Below are positions 36,423 to 46,848 of a DNA stretch of 64,000 nucleotides, piece by piece. Source of the stretch: an uncultured bacterium (lineage in GTDB: Bacteria; Patescibacteriota; Minisyncoccia; Phycocordibacterales; GWA1-40-21); the NCBI GenBank assembly GCA_963716205.1, contig OY970290.1, forward strand, positions 367,417 to 431,416, written 5' to 3'. Position numbers and translations under genes: made by a program. The notes under the pieces were generated by a model, which worked only from the letters and a program-made list of their open reading frames with translations, had not been told where the DNA came from and ran no database searches. The stretch's first letter is position 1; each line of letters opens with the position of its first letter.

Positions 36423-37795
36423 AGCAATGAATTCAACAGTCTCTTCATTGACACGGTTGCCACACCGACCACATCATCCGCTCCGCCATAATAAATAAAA
36501 AGTGTGTCACCACGAAGTGTGGTACCGCACGGAAACACAACATTTGGCATCACACCATTTTTTTCATAAGGCATTTCCGGATCAAAAATAGGTGGAATCG
36601 CCCGCGCCAAAATTTTTCTCGGATTTTTCAAATCAAGTAAAGCAATTCCAACTCTATATGTGTGATGATTACTGGAAACGCCATGATACAAAACAAGCCA
36701 TCCCTTTTTGGTTTTTATTGGAGGTGCGGTAATACCGACTTTTTCGCTATCCCATTCTCCGGCTCTTGGCAGCATGATCGGCGTACCGCCGATAAGCGCC
36801 AAATTAGAAAAATTAAAAGAATTGACGGCATCCAAACAAATATTTGAATTGATCCGGTGAAGAACAAAATAACTGTTGCCAATTTTCTCTGGAAAAATAC
36901 ATGCGTCTTTGTCATCAAGACCTTTGGGTGAAATCAAAAAGGGTTTTGTCCAAAGCCAATTTTTATCCAAAAAATCCTGTAAGCGGATAGATGTGAGAGC
37001 GACGCGCGGAGGATTGCTGCCATCATAAGCTGTATAACACATATAAATAATATTGCCGATGCGCGTCAAGCGCGGATCTTCACAACCAGAATTTCCCGGA
37101 TGAGTTTTCATTTCAAACCGTTCGCGCGGCACATAAATCGGCTTATCGCCCCGCTCGGATATTACAAACCCGTCTTCACTTCTTGCATAGCCTATTGATG
37201 AGGTATCGTCACTCGACATTGCCCGATATAAAATATGTGTTGTATTTTCTATTTTGATTGATGCAGGATTAAAAACTCCATGTGCTTCCCAATCGACACC
37301 AGCCCGCGCAATAAGAATTGGGTTTTTTTTATATCTGGTGACATACGTTTCCATCGCATCTGGATGCATATTGAAAAGCAGATTATCTAGATTGACCGTC
37401 GCCTTGCAGCAAAATGTATCTGCGGCACCATAATAAATTTCCAATATATTTTTATTTATCAAAGCACCGGAAGGAAAAATAACATTCAAAACTTGACCAC
37501 TTTTCTCATATATTTCAGTTGGCGCAAGGATTGGACCTCTCGTTTTACCGATAATTTTCCTTGGATCATTTAAATCCAAAAGCAGGGTCTCAATACCGAA
37601 GACAAGCTTGAACGGATTATTTTCCCGATGATAATTTTCAATATAGCTGTATATTAAAAGCCAGCCGTCTTTTGTTTTTATTGGCACAGCGCCAATTTCA
37701 ATATGATCCATTATGGATCTTCTCGGATCGATAATATGCACATTCACTTCCGCGTACCATTTTTTCCAAAAATCATTACTGAACATTTCTTCCAT
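36419..37795 (-). CDS. GH130-like glycosidase/phosphorylase, N-terminally incomplete
   Basis: NVIFPSG, YYGAAD, FNP, GCEDPR, DKDAC.FPEKI, NVVFPCG; begins mid-domain. Confidence 0.8.
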   Translation of the reverse strand: MEEMFSNDFWKKWYAEVNVHIIDPRRSIMDHIEIGAVPIKTKDGWLLIYSYIENYHRENNPFKLVFGIETLLLDLNDPRKIIGKTRGPILAPTEIYEKSGQVLNVIFPSGALINKNILEIYYGAADTFCCKATVNLDNLLFNMHPDAMETYVTRYKKNPILIARAGVDWEAHGVFNPASIKIENTTHILYRAMSSDDTSSIGYARSEDGFVISERGDKPIYVPRERFEMKTHPGNSGCEDPRLTRIGNIIYMCYTAYDGSNPPRVALTSIRLQDFLDKNWLWTKPFLISPKGLDDKDACIFPEKIGNSYFVLHRINSNICLDAVNSFNFSNLALIGGTPIMLPRAGEWDSEKVGITAPPIKTKKGWLVLYHGVSSNHHTYRVGIALLDLKNPRKILARAIPPIFDPEMPYEKNGVMPNVVFPCGTTLRGDTLFIYYGGADDVVGVATVSMKRLLNSLL

Positions 37796-39183
37796 ACGCG
37801 ATCAGTATCTTCGGTATGAAGATTGTGAAGGATAGCATATTTGCCGTTGATTTTTTCCGGAAATAAAACCCAGTTTTTATGTCTGCCGACCGGCGAAATA
37901 AATTTCATCTCGCTCCAGTTCCATCTTTTGTTGATAAAATCATTTTGAGAAATGGAAATCATACCGACACGGATATTGTTCCAGTTGTCAAAGGCGTTAA
38001 ATGTTAGATAAATCCTCTTTCCAATTTTAACCATTCTCGGATCTTCGCATCCTCCCCAGCTTCCGCCAGAAGGATACATGACTGGATCAAATTTCTTTTC
38101 AACCGGACGCAAACCGAATTTTGAATATTCCAAAGCAAAAATCGGTTCCGGATAGATTTCATCAATATGCAGACCATCTTTGCTTTTTGCATAGCCGATA
38201 CGGGAAATGCCGTCCTTGCCCATCGCACGGAAAAGCAAATGTATCGTCCCGTCGATATTAACCGCAGCAGGATTGAGCGTGGCTGCGGATGCCCACCACT
38301 TTTCTGCACTCGGCGCGACAATCGGATTTTTCTCGCTTCGTTTTATTTTATCCGACACTTTGAGAATGGATGAATTCCCGAAAGGCATGCGTATTGAAGA
38401 TGAAATCATACCCTCTTTTTCTGAATACCAATAAATGGCAATAGTGTCATCGAAAAATAACGCACCGACACATTCCCTGTCCGCTTCATAAGGAACTTTT
38501 TTCTCAAAAAGCGGAGCATCGCATCTCCAAATAACTTTTTTCGGATCAAGCGGAGAAATCAATGCGGCGCCAATCTGCAATTTGGTATGTTCACCAACAT
38601 GGAAGGATGCATCGTAAAAAACTAAAATTCCCTTTTCACATGGCTTTGACGCTATGAATTTGATATGGTCATTGTCAAAAAAACCAGGTCTTGATTTCAA
38701 CACCGGCTCTTTGAATTTTGTCCAGACTTTCAGATTTTTTGAAACAGCAGCCCAAATGGAAGATTCGCCATAATATGCCACATGTCCGCTTGTACCGAGA
38801 AAATCCGAGACAATGCCACCTTTTTCATTTATGGCAGATAACGGTCCATGAACAGACCAGAGATTTTCTTTTCTGTGATCCGCAATAAACAGTCGCTGTG
38901 TTTTACCGGCAGTATAAAGAAAAGTTATGAAGATCCGTCTGCCGATCTTTGAAGAAACAATATGCCGTATGTAGGCAGGATTAAATTTTGTATCTTCGGA
39001 ATAAATAAATTCGATGTCCTTTTGTTTTTTTGAAAAATGAACCGGCGAATCTTTTGTGTTTGATATCAAAAATATCTTTTCTGGGTTTTCCGCATTTCTC
39101 GCAAAAATTGAGGCTTTGGTACCGTCGTTCAAAAAACCAATAGGATACACGATTTCCGTTTTATGGTGAGTTGTTTTTTCCAT
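37744..39183 (-). CDS. GH130-like glycosidase, C-terminally truncated
   Basis: NPIV.P...TLNPAA...GCEDPR...KNWVLFPEKINGKYAILH, then the frame is lost. Confidence 0.75.
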   Translation of the reverse strand: MEKTTHHKTEIVYPIGFLNDGTKASIFARNAENPEKIFLISNTKDSPVHFSKKQKDIEFIYSEDTKFNPAYIRHIVSSKIGRRIFITFLYTAGKTQRLFIADHRKENLWSVHGPLSAINEKGGIVSDFLGTSGHVAYYGESSIWAAVSKNLKVWTKFKEPVLKSRPGFFDNDHIKFIASKPCEKGILVFYDASFHVGEHTKLQIGAALISPLDPKKVIWRCDAPLFEKKVPYEADRECVGALFFDDTIAIYWYSEKEGMISSSIRMPFGNSSILKVSDKIKRSEKNPIVAPSAEKWWASAATLNPAAVNIDGTIHLLFRAMGKDGISRIGYAKSKDGLHIDEIYPEPIFALEYSKFGLRPVEKKFDPVMYPSGGSWGGCEDPRMVKIGKRIYLTFNAFDNWNNIRVGMISISQNDFINKRWNWSEMKFISPVGRHKNWVLFPEKINGKYAILHNLHTEDTDRVWKKCSVMIFGKNGTRK

Positions 39184-39440
39184 TATTAATATTAAGAATA
39201 ACTACGTGATAATCATGAAATCGCCGGTCATGTGCCAATCTCTCTACACGTTACACAGATTTTTTCAAAGACACAGAATTGGTTTAGTTAAAATAAAAAA
39301 TATTTTGATCGAAACGGAATATTCAAGAAGACCGAATAAACTGGATACCGAATTGTCAAATAATATTATATAAATCTTCAAAACAAAGCACAAGCTGTTG
39401 ATAACTGGCGTTTCAGAATAAATGCCGATATAATGAAGTA

Positions 39441-40190
39441 ATGAAAAAAGCGATTATATTTGACCTTGACGGAACGCTTGCAGAAAGCAAACAAAGCCTA
39501 GATGGCGAAATGGCCATTTTACTCTCTCAGCTTTTATACGTGAAGAAGGTTGGAATAGTTTCAGGCGGCGGAATGCCGCAGCTCGAAAAACAGGTTATCA
39601 GTAGAATTCCTTTTGATGCGGAAAAGTTTAAAAATTTTATTATTTTTCCGACCAAAGGTGCGGCAATGTATGAATTTGATGGAAAAGATTGGAAACAAAT
39701 ATATCAAAAATTATTGTCCGACGAACAAAAACAAAATATCCGAGATGCTTTCGAGAAAGTTTTGAAGGAGATTGATTTCATACCCGAGAAACATTACGGA
39801 AAACTTCTTGAAGACAGAGGAACGCAATTTACCTTTTCAGCACTCGGACAGGATGCTCCGCCGGAATTGAAAAAAGAGTGGGATCCGAATGTTGAGAAAA
39901 GACAGCGAATCAGAAAACTTCTCGAACAATATATTCCAGAATTTGAAATTGAAATTGGTGGCAGCACATCGATCGATATCACAGAAAAAGGAATCGATAA
40001 AGCATTTGCTCTCGAACAGCTTTGTGAATATGAAAAAATAATGATTGCTGATATTCTCTATATTGGCGATGCGCTCTTCCCTGGCGGAAACGATCATGCG
40101 GTTGTGAAAACCGGCGTAGACACCATTGCTGTCAAAGATTATAATGAGACCAAAGACGTTATCAGAAAAATAATCGCCGGAAACATATGA
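39441..40190 (+). CDS. HAD-IIB hydrolase (eukaryote-type phosphomannomutase-like)
   Basis: FDLDGTL, EDRGTQ.TFSALGQ, GGSTSID, GDALFPGGND. Confidence 0.9.
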   Translation: MKKAIIFDLDGTLAESKQSLDGEMAILLSQLLYVKKVGIVSGGGMPQLEKQVISRIPFDAEKFKNFIIFPTKGAAMYEFDGKDWKQIYQKLLSDEQKQNIRDAFEKVLKEIDFIPEKHYGKLLEDRGTQFTFSALGQDAPPELKKEWDPNVEKRQRIRKLLEQYIPEFEIEIGGSTSIDITEKGIDKAFALEQLCEYEKIMIADILYIGDALFPGGNDHAVVKTGVDTIAVKDYNETKDVIRKIIAGNI

Positions 40191-40528
40191 AAACAAAAAA
40201 AGATATTAGACCATGGGGTGAAGAAGAAATTTTCACCACCAATGAAAAAACAACAGTAAAAATTCTCACGATTAATCCTGCTGAGCGATGTTCTCTGCAG
40301 TACCATAATCACCGAAAAGAATTTTGGAAAATTATTGAAGGAGAAGCGATCTTGCAAATCGGAGAAAAGCAGATCGACTCAATGGTTGGCGATGAATACG
40401 AGATCGGCATCGGCGTGGAGCACCGTATCATCGGCAAGGACAAGCCAGCAAAAATCCTTGAGATTTCTTTTGGAGATTTTGATGAAAACGATATTGTCCG
40501 ATTGGAGGATGATTACGGGAGGGAATAA
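40187..40528 (+). CDS. Phosphomannose isomerase type II C-terminal cupin
   Basis: RPWG...SLQYH.HR.E.W...EHR...EIS.G..DENDIVRLEDDYGR. Confidence 0.9.
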   Translation: MKTKKDIRPWGEEEIFTTNEKTTVKILTINPAERCSLQYHNHRKEFWKIIEGEAILQIGEKQIDSMVGDEYEIGIGVEHRIIGKDKPAKILEISFGDFDENDIVRLEDDYGRE

Positions 40529-40532
40529 TAGT

Positions 40533-41765
40533 CTAAAAAATCCTTCTATGGCTTGATTTCGGTTTCTCCATTTTCACGGATTTTAATATTCGAAATGTTC
40601 TCAACCGCTCTGCCATATCTGCCATTTCATCGGTCGGAACAACGAGAACTTTCACCTTTGAATCACTTGCGCTGATATCGGCAAATGTGCCGACAGTTTT
40701 ATTATTGGCCTCTGAATCAATTTTTATTCCCATATAATCAAGTCCGGTGCAGATTTTCTCGCGCATGATGAACGACCGCTCGCCGATCGTCCCTGAAAAC
40801 ACAACGGTATCAAGCCCGTCCATCTCCGCCGCATACGAACCGAGATATTTTTTCACACCGATGACAAATTTTTGTAATGCAAGTTTCGCGTCCGGATTGC
40901 CTTTTTTCTCTGCTTCAATGACATCCCGCGTATCGGAGCTGACACCGGAAAGTCCGACAAGTCCGCATTCGGTATTCAAATACAGTTCAAGCGCAGTCGT
41001 ATTTTTCTTTAATTTCTGCCCTAGGTATAGTGCTGCGACCGGATCGATATCGCCCGATCGCGTGGAAGTAACGAGTCCTTGGAGCGGAGTGTATCCCATG
41101 GAAGTGTCGAAACTTTTTCTGTCTTTGACCGCTGTGATGCTCGATCCCCCGCCGAGATGACAAATAATAAGTTTGTTTGGTAATTTTTTCTCGAGAGTTA
41201 GTTTGTTTACGATCGAGCCAACGGAAATGCCGTGATAGCCATAATGATAAATCTCAAATTCATCCGCTACTTTTTTGGGTATCGCATAATATTTTGAAAA
41301 ATCCGGCGCGTCTTTGTGAAATGCGCTGTCGGAAATACCGACGATCGGCGTGCTCTTGAAAAGCTTCCGCAATTCATCGATCTCCTTGAGCGTCACCTGT
41401 ACATGAAGCGGTGCTTCTTCCTTTTCCTCGATGATATTGTCCATGAAAAATGAATCGATGATCCGGTCGGTCTGGAAATACACGCCGGGCGCGACCACGC
41501 GCACACCGATCGATGAAATATCTTCTTTGTTTTCTATAATTTTCTTCTCAATCGCCTTTTCAATAAAATATTCAAGCGGATGAGCAAAAATGTCTTGCGT
41601 GATATGTTCCACCCGCTCACTTCCCTTCCTTCCGGTATCAAAAAATCCAACGATCGGCTTGCCTTCCTTTATCTCAAACGAAGCAAAAAAAAGTTCCGCA
41701 AGTTCCGAATAGATAGAAAATTTTGCTGAAACACTGCCTGTATTTACGATTAAGTATTTGTTCAT
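40533..41765 (-). CDS. ackA: Acetate kinase
   Basis: VNTGS.S.K, APLH, YGYHG.S, CHLGGGSS, DTSMGYTPLQGL...RSGDIDP. Confidence 0.93.
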   Translation of the reverse strand: MNKYLIVNTGSVSAKFSIYSELAELFFASFEIKEGKPIVGFFDTGRKGSERVEHITQDIFAHPLEYFIEKAIEKKIIENKEDISSIGVRVVAPGVYFQTDRIIDSFFMDNIIEEKEEAPLHVQVTLKEIDELRKLFKSTPIVGISDSAFHKDAPDFSKYYAIPKKVADEFEIYHYGYHGISVGSIVNKLTLEKKLPNKLIICHLGGGSSITAVKDRKSFDTSMGYTPLQGLVTSTRSGDIDPVAALYLGQKLKKNTTALELYLNTECGLVGLSGVSSDTRDVIEAEKKGNPDAKLALQKFVIGVKKYLGSYAAEMDGLDTVVFSGTIGERSFIMREKICTGLDYMGIKIDSEANNKTVGTFADISASDSKVKVLVVPTDEMADMAERLRTFRILKSVKMEKPKSSHRRIF

Positions 41766-41771
41766 GATTTT

Positions 41772-44171
41772 TTATTTTTTACCCTTCCACTTCCAATTCA
41801 AAATCTCTTCCGGATCTTCGCCGATTTTCACAATGTATTCCTTGTGTTCCTTGATTTTATTTTGATATTTTTCAATGATTTTTTCTGCTTTTTCTTTTGC
41901 AATCACGCCATTTTTCAAAACTTTTTGCACCGCTTCAATTGTTAAATTATATCTATCAGTTTTGTTTCTAATGTGCAGATCGAGTGCCGTCGTCGTCGAG
42001 CCGCTCTCCATGTATCCGTGAACGCTAAATCTGTCGAGACTGTTCACATAATAGAACAAGACCTGCTCGAGCGTTTCTGGATAGCCGTGGAAATTGAATA
42101 TCGCCGGTTTGTCTTTGGTGAAATACTGTTCAAATTCTCCCTCGGATAATTTATTTTTCCCGCCCGGAGTATTCGGCGAGAGTTCCAAAATATTCACAAA
42201 TCGTATTTTTATTTCTGGTGCTTCTTCTTTCAATATTTGTACTGCTGCAAGAGCTTCTTTCACTAGGTACTGCCCACAACCAACCATCACAACGTCCGGA
42301 TTTTCATCTGATGCAAAATCCCAAATAGAAATTCCTTTTTCTAGTTCTTTTTTCGCCTCTCCAATAGAAAGCCAAACCGGCTCTGGAGTTTTCTCGGAAA
42401 CGATCACGTTGATCTCATTTTTCGATGATAAACATTTCTCGGTCACAAGCACTGCTTCATTTTCATCTGCCGGGAAATACACATTGATGAAATCATGCTT
42501 CTTGAGCAAAATATCGCCAATAAAACCCGGGTTTTGATGCGAAAATCCATTATGCTCCTGTCTCCAACCGCTTGAGGTAATAATATAATTTAACGATGGT
42601 ACATCCCCTCGCCACTCGGTCTTCCTTGCAATCTTCAAAAATTTACTGAACTGGTCCGCCATACTCGCCACAACCATAATGAATGATTCGTATGAAGGGA
42701 AAATAGAAAATCTACCGGTGAGTGTGTAGCCTTGTGCCAGACCGTGCAGAGAATTTTCAGAAAGCATTTCGATCACTCTGCCGTCGCGGGCGAGATCCAT
42801 ATCCCATTTCTCAAGCTTGCCGGCAAATGCGCGCGGCGTCGCATCAAATATATAGTGCAATCGGTTTGAATACGTTTCATCCGGACTAAACATTCTGAAA
42901 TTTCTTTTTTCTTTGTTGAGCTTCACCACTTCGCCAAAATATTCGCCAACTTTTTGCATCGCACCGGCGGAAACTTCCCCAGCGCCATTTGTCTTTGTTT
43001 CAAATTTGGAAATATCCGGCAAAATTAGATCTCTTGATGTATCACCTTTTTTGATTCCAAATACATGCTGATTGTCGCCCATTCTCAAACCTTCCTTTGG
43101 AATATTCGCTTCAATATCTTTTATAAAACCAGTTTGTGAATTAAATAATTCTTCAAACTTGTAGGATTTCATCCATGCCTCGAGTGCGATAAGTTCGTTT
43201 GCGTCCGTTTTCATTTCTCTGCCGACGACTTGATGTGAAAGACAATTTCCCTCCACTTTGCCATCAAATGCTTTACCACGACCCTCGAGCGACCAACTCA
43301 TCAAATGTTTGATACCAGTCCAACCTTTTGGAGTTTTCAAAATAATCATCGGAAAATGAAAATAATCATCGAGCTTTTTGTTTGGATTGGCTCGTGCTTC
43401 TTTTTGGATCTTTCTGATCGATGCGTACGCTGTGTCGAGCGCTTTCACCATTTTTGCATAAACTTTGTCATCATCGCCTTCCACAATGATTGGCTCGTAA
43501 CCATAACCTTTGAACAATGATTTCAAATCTTCATTTTTCATTCTGCCGAAAACTGTCGGTCCGGAAATTTTGTAACCATTGAGATGCAATATCGGAAGCA
43601 CTGCGCCATTTTTAGCGGGATCGATGAATTTGGAAAGATGCCACGCCGTCGCCGAGCTTGCCGTTTCATTTTCACCATCGCCGACAAGGCAGGTCACGAT
43701 GAGGTCTGGATTGTCCAAAACCGCCCCGTACGAGGTCGAAAGTGAGTATCCGAGCTCTCCACCTTCGAGGATGACACCCGGCGTCGCAGGACTCGAATGA
43801 CTTGGAAACTGATACGGCCAGGAGAAATTGTGCATGATATAGCCGATGCCGTTTTCATTCTTTTGCGCTTCCGGATAATATTTGCCGAGCGTGCCTTCGA
43901 GAAATGAATTCGCCTGCACTGCCGGAAAGCCGTGACCGGGTCCGAGCACAAACATCATGTTTACGCCGGTTTTGTTGATAAGATTATTCAAACATGCGTA
44001 GGTGAAATTAATCCCCGGACATGTGCCCCAGTGACCGAGCAAGCGAGTCTTGATATGGTCAAAGGTAAGTTTTTCTTTTAATAAAAAGTTTCCTTCCAAA
44101 TAGATCTGCCCCGCTGACAAATAATTCGCCGCGCGGACGTATTTCTTGATTCGTTCAATTTCAGATGACAT
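41772..44171 (-). CDS. xfp: Phosphoketolase (XFP family)
   Basis: LLGHWGTCPG, GPGHG, EGGELGY, GDGE.ET, LHLNGYKI, PDET.SNRL, QEHNGFSHQNPG; leaderless ATG 44171. Confidence 0.96.
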   Translation of the reverse strand: MSSEIERIKKYVRAANYLSAGQIYLEGNFLLKEKLTFDHIKTRLLGHWGTCPGINFTYACLNNLINKTGVNMMFVLGPGHGFPAVQANSFLEGTLGKYYPEAQKNENGIGYIMHNFSWPYQFPSHSSPATPGVILEGGELGYSLSTSYGAVLDNPDLIVTCLVGDGENETASSATAWHLSKFIDPAKNGAVLPILHLNGYKISGPTVFGRMKNEDLKSLFKGYGYEPIIVEGDDDKVYAKMVKALDTAYASIRKIQKEARANPNKKLDDYFHFPMIILKTPKGWTGIKHLMSWSLEGRGKAFDGKVEGNCLSHQVVGREMKTDANELIALEAWMKSYKFEELFNSQTGFIKDIEANIPKEGLRMGDNQHVFGIKKGDTSRDLILPDISKFETKTNGAGEVSAGAMQKVGEYFGEVVKLNKEKRNFRMFSPDETYSNRLHYIFDATPRAFAGKLEKWDMDLARDGRVIEMLSENSLHGLAQGYTLTGRFSIFPSYESFIMVVASMADQFSKFLKIARKTEWRGDVPSLNYIITSSGWRQEHNGFSHQNPGFIGDILLKKHDFINVYFPADENEAVLVTEKCLSSKNEINVIVSEKTPEPVWLSIGEAKKELEKGISIWDFASDENPDVVMVGCGQYLVKEALAAVQILKEEAPEIKIRFVNILELSPNTPGGKNKLSEGEFEQYFTKDKPAIFNFHGYPETLEQVLFYYVNSLDRFSVHGYMESGSTTTALDLHIRNKTDRYNLTIEAVQKVLKNGVIAKEKAEKIIEKYQNKIKEHKEYIVKIGEDPEEILNWKWKGKK

Positions 44172-44255
44172 GCGGAAATTATACCATATTGAAATAAATT
44201 TGTGGAAATAAAAAACCACCGGAAGTCTTTCGACGACCGGTGGCAAACAACAAAA

Positions 44256-44756
44256 CTAATACTTTGCTTTTTCAACCCCTGCTATTTGTTGAAACTTACA
44301 AAACAGATCATAAAGCTCTTTCGCTTTATGATAATCTTCATATGAACTGCTTGAGCTAGGATGAAAAGACGGATAATAGCTAATTGGATTAAGTAGATCA
44401 TTCTCCGTTGGAAAACCACAGGTGAACTCAAAGTTAATTATGTGTGCTATTTCTGTGGTTAAAGGCGAAGATCCAAGAATTAAAGGAGCTATTATACTTC
44501 CCTTTTCTGCCACCCAGACATGTTTCTTAAAAAAATGTCCAAAGATGTGAAATTCTTGTTTAGGCCATCCAACTGGTCTAACAAATACCTTGACCTGAGA
44601 AAAATCATTGCTAAAGAATTTAGCCATGTTTAGCCCATTGTAAATTCGCAGACCAAATGGATTTGTTTTACCGACAAACCAATTTGATACAGCATTCACA
44701 TAATTCATAATTGCATAATCAAGTGAATTTAATTCTTGATGTTGTATATGTTTCAT
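44256..44756 (-). CDS. Orphan hypothetical protein with own promoter and terminator
   Basis: SD GAGGTG; TTGACA...TATAAT at ~44882-44909; hairpin at ~44215-44243. Confidence 0.65.
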   Translation of the reverse strand: MKHIQHQELNSLDYAIMNYVNAVSNWFVGKTNPFGLRIYNGLNMAKFFSNDFSQVKVFVRPVGWPKQEFHIFGHFFKKHVWVAEKGSIIAPLILGSSPLTTEIAHIINFEFTCGFPTENDLLNPISYYPSFHPSSSSSYEDYHKAKELYDLFCKFQQIAGVEKAKY

Positions 44757-44986
44757 CTTTCACCTCTATCACAGAAGTACGTTGAGGATCGCTCCTCTAA
44801 CGCGCTGACATCACGCCAGCAATTTAACAAGATTTTTATCCGATCAAATCGCTAACGTGATTGTGTAAAAGAACTGAACATATTATACATATAGTTATTG
44901 CTTTGTCAACTTTACTTCCCTTTTTATAAAAATATGCTATAAATAAGCCTCAAACGCGCCTCGGCGCATTTTAATTTGAAACTGTA

Positions 44987-46774
44987 ATGGAAATACGAAA
45001 CATCGCAATCATCGCGCACGTTGACCACGGCAAGACGACCCTCACGGACGCCATTTTGAGGCAGACAGGCATGGTCACGGGAGACGTGAGTATGGACTCC
45101 AACAAACTCGAACAAGAGCGCGGTATTACCATTTATGCGAAAAACACCTCGATTTTCTACAAAGATACCAAGATCAATATTGTCGATACTCCCGGCCACG
45201 CAGACTTCGGCTCGGAAGTTGAGCGCGTGCTCCGCTCCATCGACACCGTGCTTCTTGTCGTCGACGCGCAGGAAGGTCCGATGCCACAGACCAGATTTGT
45301 TTTGAAGAAATCTTTGGAGCTCGGTCTCAAGCCGATCGTCGTCATCAATAAAATCGACAAAGCTGCCGCACGACCAGAAGAAGTGCATGAAGAAGTTTTG
45401 GAATTATTCCTCGAGCTTGGAGCAAATGATGAACAGCTCAATTTTCCATATATTTATGCTATCGGCAGAAAAGGTGTTGCGATGCGGGAATTGAAAGATG
45501 AACAAAAAGATCTCACTCCGCTTTTGGATTTGATCTTGGAAAAGGTTCCCGCAGCAACGACTCCGGAAAATCTTGCGCAGCCTTTTTCCGCGCAGATTTT
45601 CAATCTCGCATATGATAACTTCCTCGGCAGACTTGGAATCGCAAGAATTTATACTGGAAAAGTAAAAGACGGGCAGACAATCTTCGTCAAAGATATGGAC
45701 GGCAAAAGCAGACAGGCAAGAATCACGAAACTCTACACGTTCAAAGGCATTCAAAAAGATGCTGTTGTGGAAGCTTCTGCCGGTGACATTGTGATGATCG
45801 CAGGTATTACTGATGCATATATCGGCGAGACACTTTGTGAAAATGATACGCAAACTCCTCTTCCGTCTATTAATATTGACGAACCAACTATTTCTATGAG
45901 TTTCTTGGTCAATGATTCCCCATTTGCCGGCAAAGAAGGAAAATTTGTCACTGGACGGCAGATTCGCGAACGACTTGAAAAAGAGCTCGAAGTGAACGTT
46001 GGTCTGAAAGTTGATTTCTCGAGCGAACCAATGACCGTTTATGGTCGTGGTGAACTTCATATTGCGATTTTGATAGAAAATATGCGCCGCGAAGGATTTG
46101 AGCTCCAAGTTTCCCAGCCGCAAGCAATTATCAAAGAAATTGATGGTGTTAAATCTGAGCCATTTGAAGAAGTGATCGTCGACGTACCATCAGAATTCCA
46201 AGGAACTATCATTGAAAAGCTCGGCAAAAGAAAAGGTATCATGAAAGACATGAAGATCAAGGATAATCAGGTCAGAATGATTTTTGAAATACCGACTCGC
46301 GGACTCTTGGGCTATCGCGGCTCATTCGTCGTCGATACCAAGGGTCTCGGCATCCTTTCCTCGCGATTCATCGGCTTCCGACCGTATGCAGGAGAAATAC
46401 AAAAGCAGGAATTCGGCTCGATGACCTCGATGGTTTCCGGCAAAGCTATGGCATATTCACTTTGGAACTTGCAAGAACGCGGCGTACTTTACATTGACCC
46501 AGCAATTGATATCTATGAAGGTATGGTCATCGGCCATGTGCTCAATGGCGAAGACCTTGAAGTTAATCCGATTAAAAATAAAACTCTCACCAACGTCCGC
46601 GCCTCGTCATCAGATGAAGCACTGTATCTCGTCCCGCCAATGCGAATGGATATTGAAAAAGGATTGGAGATCATGCAAGGCGATGAATATCTCGAAATCA
46701 CTCCAAAAAATGTCCGCCTGCGCAAAAAGTTTTTGACAAAACAAGAGAGAGATAGGAATAGAAGGAAAGAATAA
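44987..46774 (+). CDS. typA: Translational GTPase TypA/BipA
   Basis: IAHVDHGKTTL, ERGITI, DTPGHADF, GRGELH, LEITPKNVRLRK. Confidence 0.96.
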   Translation: MEIRNIAIIAHVDHGKTTLTDAILRQTGMVTGDVSMDSNKLEQERGITIYAKNTSIFYKDTKINIVDTPGHADFGSEVERVLRSIDTVLLVVDAQEGPMPQTRFVLKKSLELGLKPIVVINKIDKAAARPEEVHEEVLELFLELGANDEQLNFPYIYAIGRKGVAMRELKDEQKDLTPLLDLILEKVPAATTPENLAQPFSAQIFNLAYDNFLGRLGIARIYTGKVKDGQTIFVKDMDGKSRQARITKLYTFKGIQKDAVVEASAGDIVMIAGITDAYIGETLCENDTQTPLPSINIDEPTISMSFLVNDSPFAGKEGKFVTGRQIRERLEKELEVNVGLKVDFSSEPMTVYGRGELHIAILIENMRREGFELQVSQPQAIIKEIDGVKSEPFEEVIVDVPSEFQGTIIEKLGKRKGIMKDMKIKDNQVRMIFEIPTRGLLGYRGSFVVDTKGLGILSSRFIGFRPYAGEIQKQEFGSMTSMVSGKAMAYSLWNLQERGVLYIDPAIDIYEGMVIGHVLNGEDLEVNPIKNKTLTNVRASSSDEALYLVPPMRMDIEKGLEIMQGDEYLEITPKNVRLRKKFLTKQERDRNRRKE

Positions 46775-46776
46775 AA

Positions 46777-46820
46777 AAACAAAGGAGGGTTTTCGCGAAG
46801 CGAAAGCCCTCCTTTGTTTT
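46777..46820 (+). terminator. Intrinsic terminator after typA
   Basis: AAACAAAGGAGGGTTTTCGC-GAA-GCGAAAGCCCTCCTTTGTTT. Confidence 0.8.
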
Positions 46821-46848
46821 AGGATTATATTTTGCTACAATATCTTTC

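Noticed and set aside
45404-46123. 239-aa minus-strand ORF and other overlapping ORFs inside core genes
   Set aside because: Antisense or alternate-frame shadows of typA, ppdK, xfp, leuS and others.
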